Below, piece after piece: positions 1-9,034 of a stretch of 64,000 nucleotides of DNA. The notes under the pieces were generated by a model that worked only from the letters and a program-made list of their open reading frames with translations, ran no database searches and was not told where the DNA came from. How positions within the stretch are numbered: position 1 is the first letter of the stretch; each line of letters opens with the position of its first letter. The translations under genes were made by a program, and so were the position numbers. This DNA comes from Clostridia bacterium. GTDB taxonomy: Bacteria > Bacillota > Clostridia > RGIG6154. The stretch spans positions 135,910 through 199,909 of the forward strand of contig JAGAJK010000060.1 in NCBI GenBank assembly GCA_017626145.1, written 5' to 3'.

Positions 1-105
1 CGTAATTCTGACGCTCATTATCTTGAGGATATTTTTGAAGCTGATAATTACGTAGATATCGAAGAAAAATCGATTGAATGCCTGTTTTCACATTTAAAAT
101 GATAA
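1..105 (+). CDS. 3' end of an upstream ORF (partial at the window edge); product unknown
   Basis: Frame 1 reads ...DAHYLEDIFEADNYVDIEEKSIECLFSHLK and ends at TGA 103-105. No motif recognised. Confidence 0.2.
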
Positions 106-209
106 AATTATCAAAAATGTGAAAATTATTTACAAAAAACTGTAGATTTTTATAAACATTTATGTTATAATTATAATGTTATTTTGACAATTAAAAAGGA
201 GGTAACAAA

Positions 210-704
210 ATGTCAGCTAAAAATGTCCCTGCTTTTAATGGTACTAAGGAGCAGGAAGCTAAACTTATGGAGATTATCAATAAGCACAAAGGCACAAATG
301 GTGCGTTGATTCCGGTTCTCCATGAGGCACAGGAAGTATACGGTTATTTGCCTATAGAGGTTCAAACAATGATTGCTGAAGGTTTAGATGTTTCACTCGC
401 TGAAGTTTATGGTGTTGTTACATTTTATGCTCAGTTCTCTCTTTATCCAAAGGGTCAGTATCGTATCGCAGTATGTTTAGGTACAGCTTGTTATGTTAAG
501 GGTTCTGGTGATATCCTCGACAAGATTAAGGAAAGACTTGGAATTGAAGTTGGTGAGTGCACTCCTGATGGAAAATTCTCAATAGACGCAACCAGATGTA
601 TTGGCGCTTGCGGTCTTGCTCCTGTTTTAACAGTTAACGACGAAGTATACGGAAGACTTACTGTTGACGATGTTGACGGAATTTTAGATAAGTATATGAA
701 TTAA
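210..704 (+). CDS. hydC: [FeFe]-hydrogenase NuoE-like [2Fe-2S] subunit (HydC/HndA type)
   Basis: AGGAGG RBS 8 nt upstream. Thioredoxin-like 2Fe-2S ferredoxin fold with Cys motifs CLGTAC...CIGAC, typical of NuoE/HoxE. First gene of the hydrogenase operon. Confidence 0.8.
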   Translation: MSAKNVPAFNGTKEQEAKLMEIINKHKGTNGALIPVLHEAQEVYGYLPIEVQTMIAEGLDVSLAEVYGVVTFYAQFSLYPKGQYRIAVCLGTACYVKGSGDILDKIKERLGIEVGECTPDGKFSIDATRCIGACGLAPVLTVNDEVYGRLTVDDVDGILDKYMN

Positions 705-707
705 GTT

Positions 708-1253
708 ATGAAGGAATTATCTTTAAATATTCTTGATATAGCTCAGAATTCCATATCTGCGAATGCTGACTTGATTTATATTACTGTTCATGAGAACATT
801 TCAGAAAATTATTTAAAAATCATTATTTCTGATAATGGCAAAGGTATGAGTAAAGAGTTTTTAAAAACTGTTACTGATCCATTTTCCACAACAAGAAAAA
901 CAAGAAAAGTCGGTATGGGAATTTCTCTTCTTAAACTTGTTACCGAACAGACAGACGGTGCGTTTTCGATACAATCTGAAATTGGTGTTGGAACTGTTGT
1001 TACTGCAGAGTTTACATTAAATCATATTGACAGGCCGCCATTAGGTGATATTGAACAAACAATTTCAACTTTGATATCTTGTAATGAACACATTGACTTT
1101 GTTTTTACGAGAAAAGTTAATAAAAATGAATTTGTTTTAGACACAAGAGAAATTAAAAAGATTTTAAATGGGGTTTCCCTTTCAGAGCCTGATATAATAA
1201 TCTGGATTCAGGAATATATAAAAGAAAATGAAAATAATTTATTGGAGGAATAA
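708..1253 (+). CDS. Histidine-kinase-like ATPase (HATPase_c only, no DHp or receiver) embedded in the hydrogenase operon
   Basis: N-box ILDIAQNS, G1 box DNGKGM and G2 box GMGISL. No phospho-acceptor His domain. Begins 3 bp after the hydC stop. Confidence 0.7.
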   Translation: MKELSLNILDIAQNSISANADLIYITVHENISENYLKIIISDNGKGMSKEFLKTVTDPFSTTRKTRKVGMGISLLKLVTEQTDGAFSIQSEIGVGTVVTAEFTLNHIDRPPLGDIEQTISTLISCNEHIDFVFTRKVNKNEFVLDTREIKKILNGVSLSEPDIIIWIQEYIKENENNLLEE

Positions 1254-1256
1254 ACT

Positions 1257-1625
1257 ATGAAAAGCTTAGCGGATCTTGAAGCTATCAGACAGAAAACTAT
1301 AAACAAAGTTAATCTGCGCAATGAAAATGAAGGCGATACAAGAATTGTTGTTGGTATGGCTACTTGCGGTATTGCTGCAGGCGCAAGACCTGTAATGCAG
1401 GCTTTTGTTGAAGAAATTCAAAAAAGAAACTTAAATGGTGTATATGTTTCTCAGACCGGTTGCGTGGGTTTATGTAAATTTGAACCTATCGTTGAGGTTT
1501 ATTTACCCGGTAAAGAAAAGGTAACATATATCAATATGACTGCCGAAAAAGCTGCTAAAGTTGTTAACGAACATATTGTTAACGGAAATGTAATCAGTGA
1601 ATACACCATCGGTAATTTAGAATAA
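1257..1625 (+). CDS. Thioredoxin-like [2Fe-2S] ferredoxin (HndB/HydD type)
   Basis: Cys pattern ATCGIAAGA...CVGLC resembles the NuoE-like N-terminal domain. Position between the ATPase and the NuoF-like gene is conserved in trimeric hydrogenase loci. Confidence 0.65.
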   Translation: MKSLADLEAIRQKTINKVNLRNENEGDTRIVVGMATCGIAAGARPVMQAFVEEIQKRNLNGVYVSQTGCVGLCKFEPIVEVYLPGKEKVTYINMTAEKAAKVVNEHIVNGNVISEYTIGNLE

Positions 1626-1654
1626 TTATGTAATTTTAGGATTGGAGGATAAAA

Positions 1655-3448
1655 ATGGAACTTGTTAGATCACATGTGCTTGTCTGTGGTGGTACAGGCT
1701 GTTCTTCTTCACATTCTGAACAGATAATTGAAGAATTTGAAGCACAAATTAAGAAAAACGGTCTTGACAGTGAAGTTAAGGTTGTTAAAACAGGATGCTT
1801 TGGTCTTTGTGCATTGGGGCCTGTTGTAATTGTTTATCCTGAGGGTTCTTTTTATAGCATGGTTCAGACTGAAGATGTTGCTGAGATTGTTGAACAACAC
1901 TTGCTTAAAGGTCGAATTGTAAAGAGACTTCTCTATAAGGAAACTATTGAAGAAGATAATATAAAATCACTCAATGAAGTTGATTTTTATAAGAAACAAA
2001 AGAGAGTTGCTCTTCGTAACTGCGGTGTTATCGATCCTGAAAATATAGACGAATATATTGCTTACGATGGTTATAAAGCTCTTGGTAAAGTTTTAACTGA
2101 GATGACTCCTGAACAGGTAGTTGAAACAGTTAAAGCTTCAGGTCTCCGTGGTAGAGGCGGCGGTGGCTTTCCAACAGGTATTAAGTGGGCATTTGCTGCT
2201 GCTCAGCCTGAAGGTCAGAAATATGTACTTTGTAATGCTGACGAAGGTGACCCTGGTGCATTTATGGACCGTTCTATCCTTGAAGGTGACCCGCACAGCT
2301 TAATCGAAGCTATGGCTATTGCCGGTTATGCAATCGGTGCAAATCAGGGTTACGTTTATGTAAGAGCAGAATATCCTATTGCTGTTCACAGATTGCAGGT
2401 TGCTATCAATCAGGCAAAGGAATATGGATTACTTGGAGATAATATATTTGAATCAGGTTTCAGTTTTGACTTAGAATTAAGACTTGGTGCAGGTGCTTTC
2501 GTTTGTGGTGAAGAAACAGCTCTTATGACTTCTATCGAAGGTCACAGAGGTGAACCAAGACCAAGACCACCATTCCCTGCTGTTAAAGGTTTGTGGGGCG
2601 TTCCTACAATTCTTAACAACGTTGAAACATATGCAAATATCCCTGTAATTTTCTTAAACGGTGTAGAAGAATTCACTTCAATTGGTACTGAGAAGAGTAA
2701 GGGTACTAAGGTATTTGCTCTTGGTGGTAAGATTAACAACACAGGTCTTGTTGAAGTACCAATGGGTACAACACTTCGTGAAGTAGTTTATGAAATCGGT
2801 GGTGGTATTCCTAATGGTAAGTCATTTAAAGCTGCTCAGACCGGTGGCCCTTCAGGTGGTTGTATACCAGCAAGTCTTATTGATACTCCTATTGACTACG
2901 ATTCACTTATTGCTATCGGTTCAATGATGGGTTCTGGTGGACTTATCGTTATGGACGAAGATACTTGTATGGTTGACATTGCTAAATTCTTCCTTGAATT
3001 TACTGTTGATGAATCATGTGGTAAGTGCGTACCTTGTCGTATCGGTACAAGAAGACTTCTTGAAATTCTTGAAAGAATTACAAGCGGTAAGGGTACACTT
3101 GAAGATATTGATCAGTTAGAAGAACTTTGTCTCTCTGTTAAGAGCAGTGCTCTTTGCGGTCTCGGACAAACTGCTCCAAACCCAATTTTAAGTACTCTTA
3201 AGTATTTCCGTGACGAATATGTAGAACACGTTGTAGATAAGAAGTGTCGAGCAGGTGTTTGTAAGGCTTTACTTTCATACAAAATTGTTGCTGACAAATG
3301 TAAGGGTTGCAGTCTTTGTGCAAGAAACTGTCCTGTTAATGCTATTACAGGAGAAATCAAGAATCCTTATACAATCGATCAGGATAAGTGTATTAAGTGT
3401 GGCGTATGTATGAACAACTGTAAGTTTGGCGCTATTGTTAAAGAATAA
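1655..3448 (+). CDS. hydB: [FeFe]-hydrogenase NADH-binding flavoprotein subunit (NuoF-like, HydB/HndC)
   Basis: [20 protein letters not shown] motif. 4Fe-4S motif [11 protein letters not shown]-terminal 2x[4Fe-4S] ferredoxin domain [12 protein letters not shown] / [11 protein letters not shown]. Confidence 0.9.
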   Translation: MELVRSHVLVCGGTGCSSSHSEQIIEEFEAQIKKNGLDSEVKVVKTGCFGLCALGPVVIVYPEGSFYSMVQTEDVAEIVEQHLLKGRIVKRLLYKETIEEDNIKSLNEVDFYKKQKRVALRNCGVIDPENIDEYIAYDGYKALGKVLTEMTPEQVVETVKASGLRGRGGGGFPTGIKWAFAAAQPEGQKYVLCNADEGDPGAFMDRSILEGDPHSLIEAMAIAGYAIGANQGYVYVRAEYPIAVHRLQVAINQAKEYGLLGDNIFESGFSFDLELRLGAGAFVCGEETALMTSIEGHRGEPRPRPPFPAVKGLWGVPTILNNVETYANIPVIFLNGVEEFTSIGTEKSKGTKVFALGGKINNTGLVEVPMGTTLREVVYEIGGGIPNGKSFKAAQTGGPSGGCIPASLIDTPIDYDSLIAIGSMMGSGGLIVMDEDTCMVDIAKFFLEFTVDESCGKCVPCRIGTRRLLEILERITSGKGTLEDIDQLEELCLSVKSSALCGLGQTAPNPILSTLKYFRDEYVEHVVDKKCRAGVCKALLSYKIVADKCKGCSLCARNCPVNAITGEIKNPYTIDQDKCIKCGVCMNNCKFGAIVKE

Positions 3449-3470
3449 TAGGAGAGGAGAGGAAATTATT

Positions 3471-5207
3471 ATGAATAATGTTAACATTAAAATTAATGGT
3501 ATTGAATTATCAGTACCTGCTGATTACACTGTACTTCAGGCAGCAAGAATGGCTAATATAGAAATTCCTACTCTCTGCTATCTTGAAGGTATTAATAAGC
3601 TTGGTGCTTGTCGTCTTTGTGTTGTTGAAATCAAAGGCGCAAGAGCACTTCAGGCTGCATGTGTATATCCTGTAAATGAAGGTATGGAAGTATTTACAAA
3701 TACTCCTGCTGTAAGAAGAGCAAGAAAAGCAAATCTTGAACTTATTCTTTCTAACCATGACAGAAGCTGTCTCTCATGTGTCAGAAACAGAAATTGTGAG
3801 CTTCAGAAGCTTGCTGAAGAATTCGGTATTGAAGATATTCCGATTAAGGGAGAAAATGATCCTGTACACGAAATCGATGATATTTCAACCTCACTCGTAA
3901 GAAACAACAATAAATGTGTACTTTGTAGACGTTGTGTTGCTGCTTGTGAAAATCAGACAGTATCAGTAATTTCATGTATCAACAGAGGCTTTGATACAAC
4001 TGTTAATTGTGCTTTTGAAAAATCAATTTCTGAGGTTGGTTGTATTTTCTGCGGTCAGTGTATCGTTTCATGTCCTACAGGTGCTTTAACTGAAAAAACT
4101 TCAATTCCTCAGGTTATCAACGCAATTGATAATACTGAAAAACATGTTGTTGTACAGACAGCTCCTGCTGTAAGAGCAGCACTTGGTGAAGAATTCGGTC
4201 TTCCTATGGGTACACCTGTTACAGGTAAAATGGTTGCTGCTCTTAAGAGATTAGGTTTTGATAAGGTATTTGATACAGATACTGCTGCAGACTTAACAAT
4301 TATGGAAGAAGGAACAGAATTTATTGAAAGATTTACTAAGCAGGAAAAGTTACCTCTTATTACATCTTGTAGCCCTGGTTGGGTTAAATTCTGTGAACAC
4401 TATTATCCTGAATTCACAGACAATCTTTCAACTGCTAAATCTCCAATGGAAATGTTTGCTGCAGTAATTAAGTCATATTATGCCGAAAAGAATAATATTG
4501 CAAAAGAAAATATTTATTCTGTTGCAATCATGCCTTGTACATCTAAAAAGTATGAAGCAGCAAGACCTGAACACTCTACAGATGGGGTACAGGACATAGA
4601 TGCTTCTCTTACAACAAGAGAACTTGCAAGAATGATTAAGCAGGCAGGTATCAATTTTGCTGAGCTTCCTGATGAAGAATTTGACGATCCATTTGGCACA
4701 GCTACAGGTGCTGGTGTAATTTTTGGTACAACCGGTGGCGTTATGGAAGCTGCTATCAGAACTGTTTACGAAGTTCTTGAAAACAAGCCTCTTGAAAATC
4801 TTGAAATTGAACCCATCCGTGGTATGGATGGTATTAAAGAAGCAACTCTTACAATTGCGGGAAAAGATGTTAAGGTTGCTGTTTGTCACGGTACTAAGAA
4901 CGCAAGATATCTTCTTGAAAAGATTAAAGCAGGAGAGAAGTACGATTTCATTGAAATTATGGCTTGCCCCGGTGGTTGCGTAAATGGTGGCGGTCAGCCT
5001 ATAGTTTCTGCACAGGAACGCGCTAAGGTTGATATCAGAGCGGAAAGAGCTAAGGCTCTTTATGCCGAAGACAGAGCATCAAAGATTAGAAAATCTCACG
5101 AAAATCCGGCTATTAAGCTTCTTTATAGTGAGTATTTTGAAAAGCCATGCTCACACAAGGCTCATGAACTTTTACACACACATTACACAAAGAGAACTAA
5201 ATACTAA
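3471..5207 (+). CDS. hydA: [FeFe]-hydrogenase catalytic subunit HydA
   Basis: H-cluster motifs TSCSPGWVKF (L1), MPCTSKKYE (L2) and MACPGGCVNGGGQP (L3). N-terminal 2Fe-2S and 4Fe-4S ferredoxin domains. Start moved to ATG 3471, which follows the RBS GGAGAGGAGAGG; the track start at 3426 lies inside the hydB coding tail. Confidence 0.93.
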   Translation: MNNVNIKINGIELSVPADYTVLQAARMANIEIPTLCYLEGINKLGACRLCVVEIKGARALQAACVYPVNEGMEVFTNTPAVRRARKANLELILSNHDRSCLSCVRNRNCELQKLAEEFGIEDIPIKGENDPVHEIDDISTSLVRNNNKCVLCRRCVAACENQTVSVISCINRGFDTTVNCAFEKSISEVGCIFCGQCIVSCPTGALTEKTSIPQVINAIDNTEKHVVVQTAPAVRAALGEEFGLPMGTPVTGKMVAALKRLGFDKVFDTDTAADLTIMEEGTEFIERFTKQEKLPLITSCSPGWVKFCEHYYPEFTDNLSTAKSPMEMFAAVIKSYYAEKNNIAKENIYSVAIMPCTSKKYEAARPEHSTDGVQDIDASLTTRELARMIKQAGINFAELPDEEFDDPFGTATGAGVIFGTTGGVMEAAIRTVYEVLENKPLENLEIEPIRGMDGIKEATLTIAGKDVKVAVCHGTKNARYLLEKIKAGEKYDFIEIMACPGGCVNGGGQPIVSAQERAKVDIRAERAKALYAEDRASKIRKSHENPAIKLLYSEYFEKPCSHKAHELLHTHYTKRTKY

Positions 5208-5225
5208 AAAATATTAAAAAAAGTA

Positions 5226-5253
5226 TTGATTTTTTTGAAGTATTGTGATATAA
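5226..5253 (+). promoter_or_regulatory. Sigma-A type promoter for rpmE (TTGATT-17-TATAAT with TG extension)
   Basis: Near-consensus -35 and -10 hexamers with a 17-nt spacer, about 30 nt upstream of the rpmE RBS. Confidence 0.5.
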
Positions 5254-5285
5254 TCTTACTGTTATGTAAGAAAGAGGTGATTTTA

Positions 5286-5492
5286 GTGAAAGAAGGAATA
5301 CATCCAAATTATACAACAGCTACAGTAAAATGTGCTTGTGGTGCAACTTTCGAGACAAGATCTACAAAACCTGAAATCAGCGTTGAAATTTGTTCAAAAT
5401 GTCATCCATTCTATACAGGTAAGCAGAAACTTATCGATACAGGCGGACGAGTTGATAAATTCAGAAAGAGATACAATCTTCAGTCTAAATAA
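5286..5492 (+). CDS. rpmE: 50S ribosomal protein L31
   Basis: VKEGIHPNY...CxC...[10 protein letters not shown] is canonical L31. GTG start 6 nt after the RBS AAGAAAGAGGTG; the track ORF start at 5226 is an upstream extension. Confidence 0.9.
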   Translation: MKEGIHPNYTTATVKCACGATFETRSTKPEISVEICSKCHPFYTGKQKLIDTGGRVDKFRKRYNLQSK

Positions 5493-5503
5493 TTATAATA
5501 ATA

Positions 5504-5535
5504 ACAGGAAGCTCAAAGCTTCCTGTTTTATTTTT
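5504..5535 (+). terminator. Rho-independent terminator of rpmE
   Basis: ACAGGAAGCT-CAA-AGCTTCCTGT hairpin followed by a T-run. Confidence 0.8.
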
Positions 5536-5976
5536 ATATGATAGAATATGTAAATTATTTTGTATAATTAAAAAATTATATCTTAAAGAATATCTTTAAT
5601 CTGAATTAAAAACTTATCGCAAGAGCTAATAGAAAATATTTAGTTTATATTTTGGTAATTTAAATTTGATTTAAAGGTACTAACAACTAATTAGAGAATT
5701 ATTTATAAAGTTAAAATATTAAATTATAACATCTATGTCGTTTAGACAAATTCTTAGAAAATTAGGTCTCCGTAGGAGCGAATAGAAATTTTTTTAACAA
5801 AGAATTTATACATTTAGAAATTTCTATTGGATGAAAATTTTTCAATAATATACAAAACTATAATTATACTAATTTAGTCTCATTGTGTTGTTGTTAATAT
5901 ACTATGTTTGGTTATGTTCGTTAATAGCATGTTCATCAGTTAATGATAATATAAATTATTTAATATTTAACAATTA

Positions 5977-6005
5977 TTGACAAGTGGGGAATTTTATGAT
6001 ATAAT
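5977..6005 (+). promoter_or_regulatory. Sigma-A type promoter for the recombinase gene (TTGACA-17-TATAAT)
   Basis: Consensus hexamers at 5977-5982 and 6000-6005 with a 17-nt spacer. Confidence 0.5.
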
Positions 6006-6045
6006 TATACAAAATAAAGATTTTGTATAATTGAGGTGAGGGGTT

Positions 6046-7008
6046 TTGGATTTTAGAACTGCAGATGAACCTATTGTATATAGAGAATTCCTGATTTATA
6101 TGCAAACTATTAAAGGTAAATCTCCTAACACGGTTAAGGAATATTCATTAGATTTAAAGATATTCTTCAAGTTTATGAAATATCATTTTGGATTGGTGGA
6201 TTGTTCTATAGACCAAATTGATGATATTCCCATCAATGAATTGGATTATTCCTTCGTTAATCAAATTAAACTTACTGATTTATTTGAATATTTATCATTT
6301 ATGAGCGATGTCAGAAAAAATAAGCCATCAACACGTGCACGTAAAGTTGCTTGTTTACGTAGCTACTTTAAATATATGAATTCTAAAGCTCATTATATTG
6401 ATGATAATCCCGCAAAAGATTTAGATTCACCTAAAACAAAGCAAAGTATGCCTCGTTATCTTGAATTAGACGAATGTAAAGCATTGTTGGAAACCGTAAG
6501 GAAATCTAATTCAGAACGTGACTATGCTATTATTTTCTTATTTCTTAATTGCGGTATGCGTGTTTCTGAACTTGTAGGAATAAATATTTCTGATGTTAGA
6601 GAAGATACATTAGTTGTTACCGGAAAAGGAAATAAAGAACGTATTATTTACTTAAATAATGCTTGTATTAATGCTATTAAAGCATATATGAAAGTCAGAC
6701 CTGTTGATGGAGTCAAAGACAGAAATGCTCTATTTTTAAGTAAACAGAACAAAAGAATCAGCGTTAAAACCGTTCAATGGCTTGTAAAAAAATACATAAA
6801 AGAAGCAAATCTTGATGAAAGTAAATTTTCTGTTCATAAATTAAGACATACTGCGGCTACAATAATGTATAAATATGGAGAAACTGACTTAAGAACTTTA
6901 CAGGAAATTTTAGGCCATGAACAACTTGCCACCACGCAGATTTATACTCATATTGATGATAAAGAAAGACGTAAAGCTGCCGATAACAATCCATTAGGTA
7001 AAATATAA
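6046..7008 (+). CDS. Tyrosine site-specific recombinase, XerC/XerD family
   Basis: N-terminal SAM-like core-binding domain. C-terminal catalytic residues R...HxLRHTAAT...LGHEQLATTQIYTH with the Tyr nucleophile. TTG start after the RBS GAGGTGAGGGG. Confidence 0.8.
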   Translation: MDFRTADEPIVYREFLIYMQTIKGKSPNTVKEYSLDLKIFFKFMKYHFGLVDCSIDQIDDIPINELDYSFVNQIKLTDLFEYLSFMSDVRKNKPSTRARKVACLRSYFKYMNSKAHYIDDNPAKDLDSPKTKQSMPRYLELDECKALLETVRKSNSERDYAIIFLFLNCGMRVSELVGINISDVREDTLVVTGKGNKERIIYLNNACINAIKAYMKVRPVDGVKDRNALFLSKQNKRISVKTVQWLVKKYIKEANLDESKFSVHKLRHTAATIMYKYGETDLRTLQEILGHEQLATTQIYTHIDDKERRKAADNNPLGKI

Positions 7009-7033
7009 TACATATAGTAAAAACCAGCTAAAA
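7009..7033. terminator. Bidirectional rho-independent terminator shared by the recombinase gene (+) and galE (-)
   Basis: AAAAACCAGCT-AAA-AGCTGGTTTTT: perfect hairpin with an A-run and a T-run on either side. Confidence 0.8.
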
Positions 7034-7054
7034 GCTGGTTTTTACTCTCCTATT

Positions 7055-8077
7055 TTATTCTTTATATCCTTTAGGATTATTGGATTGCCATCTCCATGCA
7101 TCTTTACACATATCTTCTAAACTATGAGTTGCAACAAAACCTAATTCTTTTTTTGCTTTAGAAGGATCTGCGTAACATTCAGCAATGTCCCCCGGCCTAC
7201 GGTCAACGATTTTATAATTAATATCTTTTCCGCTTGCTGCACCGAAAGCTTTAACCATATCAAGTACGCTGTAACCGTTACCGGTTCCTAAATTATATGT
7301 AACTACACCTGATTTAGTCATAATCTTTTCAACAGCTTTAATATGTCCATAAGCAAGGTCAACTACATGAATATAGTCTCTTACACCGGTACCATCGGGA
7401 GTGTTGTAATCATTACCAAATACACTAAGGCATTCAAGTTTCCCAATGGCAACTTGTGTGATATATGGCATAAGATTATTCGGAATACCAGCAGGATCCT
7501 CTCCTATTAAGCCGCTTTCGTGGGCGCCTACAGGATTAAAATATCTTAAAATAGCTATGTTCCATTCGTTATCGGAAACATATAAATCACGAAGAATTTC
7601 TTCTATCATCAATTTTGTTCTTCCATAAGGATTTGTTGCGTGAAGTGGAAAATCTTCTTTTATCGGAACTGTGTTAGGATCACCGTAAACAGTTGCTGAA
7701 GAACTAAAAACAAGGTTTTTAACGTTATATTTTGACATAATGTCACAAAGGTTAAGGGTACCTGTTATATTGTTGTGATAATATCTCAATGGTATGGCAA
7801 CACTTTCACCAACTGCTTTTAAACCGGCAAAATGTATAACAGCATCAATATCATTTTCTTTAAATACTTTCTCTGTTTCTTCATAATCCAGCAAATCAGC
7901 TTTATAGAATTTTAAATCTTTACCTGTAATTTGCTTTACACGATCCAGAGAAACTTCGGAACTATTATCTAAATTATCAAGGACAATTACATTGTATCCT
8001 GCTTCTAATAATAATACACATGTATGACTTCCTATATAACCGGCTCCGCCTGTAACTAAAATATTCATAATTTTCAC
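7055..8077 (-). CDS. galE: UDP-glucose 4-epimerase
   Basis: N-terminal GGAGYIGSH Rossmann motif; full-length similarity to GalE (340 aa). Confidence 0.9.
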   Translation of the reverse strand: MKIMNILVTGGAGYIGSHTCVLLLEAGYNVIVLDNLDNSSEVSLDRVKQITGKDLKFYKADLLDYEETEKVFKENDIDAVIHFAGLKAVGESVAIPLRYYHNNITGTLNLCDIMSKYNVKNLVFSSSATVYGDPNTVPIKEDFPLHATNPYGRTKLMIEEILRDLYVSDNEWNIAILRYFNPVGAHESGLIGEDPAGIPNNLMPYITQVAIGKLECLSVFGNDYNTPDGTGVRDYIHVVDLAYGHIKAVEKIMTKSGVVTYNLGTGNGYSVLDMVKAFGAASGKDINYKIVDRRPGDIAECYADPSKAKKELGFVATHSLEDMCKDAWRWQSNNPKGYKE

Positions 8078-8091
8078 TCTCCATATACAAA

Positions 8092-8562
8092 TTATTCAAT
8101 TGTGATTGTTTTAATTATCTGTGGAACAATGGGCTTATCCATATAATCACACTGTACAGAAGCGATTTCATCTACAACTTCAATACCTTCTACAACTTTA
8201 CCAAAAGCAGCATATTGACCATCAAGGTGCGGTGAATCACGATGCATAATAAAGAACTGTGATCCTGCTGAATTCGGGTTCATAGAACGAGCCATAGAAA
8301 TAACTCCTCGTGTGTGTTTTAAATCGTTGTTAAATCCATTTGATGTAAATTCACCTTCAATTGTATGACCCGGACCACCTGTTCCGTTTCCTAAAGGACA
8401 TCCACCTTGAATCATAAAACCGCTTATAACACGGTGAAAAGTAAGACCATTATAAAAGCCTTTTTTAACAAGATTTTCAAAGTTTTCTACTGTTTTAGGG
8501 GCTTTATCCGGATATAATTCCAGTTTAATTTCTTTTCCATTTTCCATTGTGATTTTAATCAT
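8092..8562 (-). CDS. ppiB: Peptidyl-prolyl cis-trans isomerase, cyclophilin type
   Basis: [13 protein letters not shown]...[13 protein letters not shown] are cyclophilin signature segments. Confidence 0.88.
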   Translation of the reverse strand: MIKITMENGKEIKLELYPDKAPKTVENFENLVKKGFYNGLTFHRVISGFMIQGGCPLGNGTGGPGHTIEGEFTSNGFNNDLKHTRGVISMARSMNPNSAGSQFFIMHRDSPHLDGQYAAFGKVVEGIEVVDEIASVQCDYMDKPIVPQIIKTITIE

Positions 8563-9034
8563 TGTTATTACATCCTTTCAAAATATTAATTATCATTTTT
8601 AAAGCTTTATTAGTTGCTTGATTGCGAACTGATTGTCTATCGCCGTCAAAAAGACATTTTTCATATATATGCTTATTATCAGTAGCAATTGAAATGTAAA
8701 CAAGACCAACAGGTTTTTGTTTTGTTCCACCACCAGGACCTGCGATTCCGGTAATACCAATTCCAATATCAGAATCTGAAATTTTTCTTACTCCTTCGGA
8801 CATTTCAAGTGCAGTCTGCCAGCTTACAGCACCATAATTTTCAAGCGTATCACATTTTACACCTAAAATCTTCATTTTTGAAGCATTAGCATATGTTACA
8901 TAACTTTCATTAAAAACCGACGAAGCCCCCGGTACATTCCCAATTTTAGATGCAAGAAGACCACATGTACAGGATTCTGCAAAAGATATCGTTAATCCTT
9001 TATTTTTAAGAATATTTACTAATTCAAATTCCAT
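8555..9034 (-). CDS. pncC: CinA C-terminal domain protein / nicotinamide-nucleotide amidohydrolase PncC
   Basis: FAESCTGGLL-type motif (here FAESCTCGLLAS). Size and sequence match CinA_C-only proteins. Confidence 0.8.
   Translation of the reverse strand: MEFELVNILKNKGLTISFAESCTCGLLASKIGNVPGASSVFNESYVTYANASKMKILGVKCDTLENYGAVSWQTALEMSEGVRKISDSDIGIGITGIAGPGGGTKQKPVGLVYISIATDNKHIYEKCLFDGDRQSVRNQATNKALKMIINILKGCNNND

Noticed and set aside
1709-1900. Short antisense or nested ORFs from the six-frame track. They lie inside long, well-supported genes (for example 1709-1900 -, 2121-2303 +, 4473-4889 -, 12189-12554 +, 31541-31969 -, 44055-44606 +, 60640-60918 +).
   Set aside because: All lie wholly within, and opposite to or out of frame with, strongly motif-supported CDSs. 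They have low-complexity or codon-complement-biased translations and no RBS. I treated them as spurious.
3426-3470. Extended N-terminus of hydA in the ORF track ([15 protein letters not shown]...).
   Set aside because: The extension overlaps the hydB coding end and lacks an RBS. A strong RBS precedes the ATG at 3471, which begins the conserved HydA N-terminus.
5540-6045. Search for a structured ncRNA (tmRNA, RNase P, SRP RNA, 6S) in the large AT-rich spacer.
   Set aside because: None of the characteristic conserved motifs (tmRNA GGGG 5' end and tag ORF, RNase P GGAAAGTCCGG, SRP GGUGCUGUUU) are present. Only a simple 11-bp inverted repeat was found.
6046-7008. The tyrosine recombinase as a marker of an integrated mobile element or integrative island.
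   Set aside because: There are no flanking direct repeats, no excisionase, and no phage or conjugation cargo. It shares a terminator with the core galE operon. A chromosomal XerC/D paralog is more parsimonious, though the AT-rich upstream spacer is noted as a finding.
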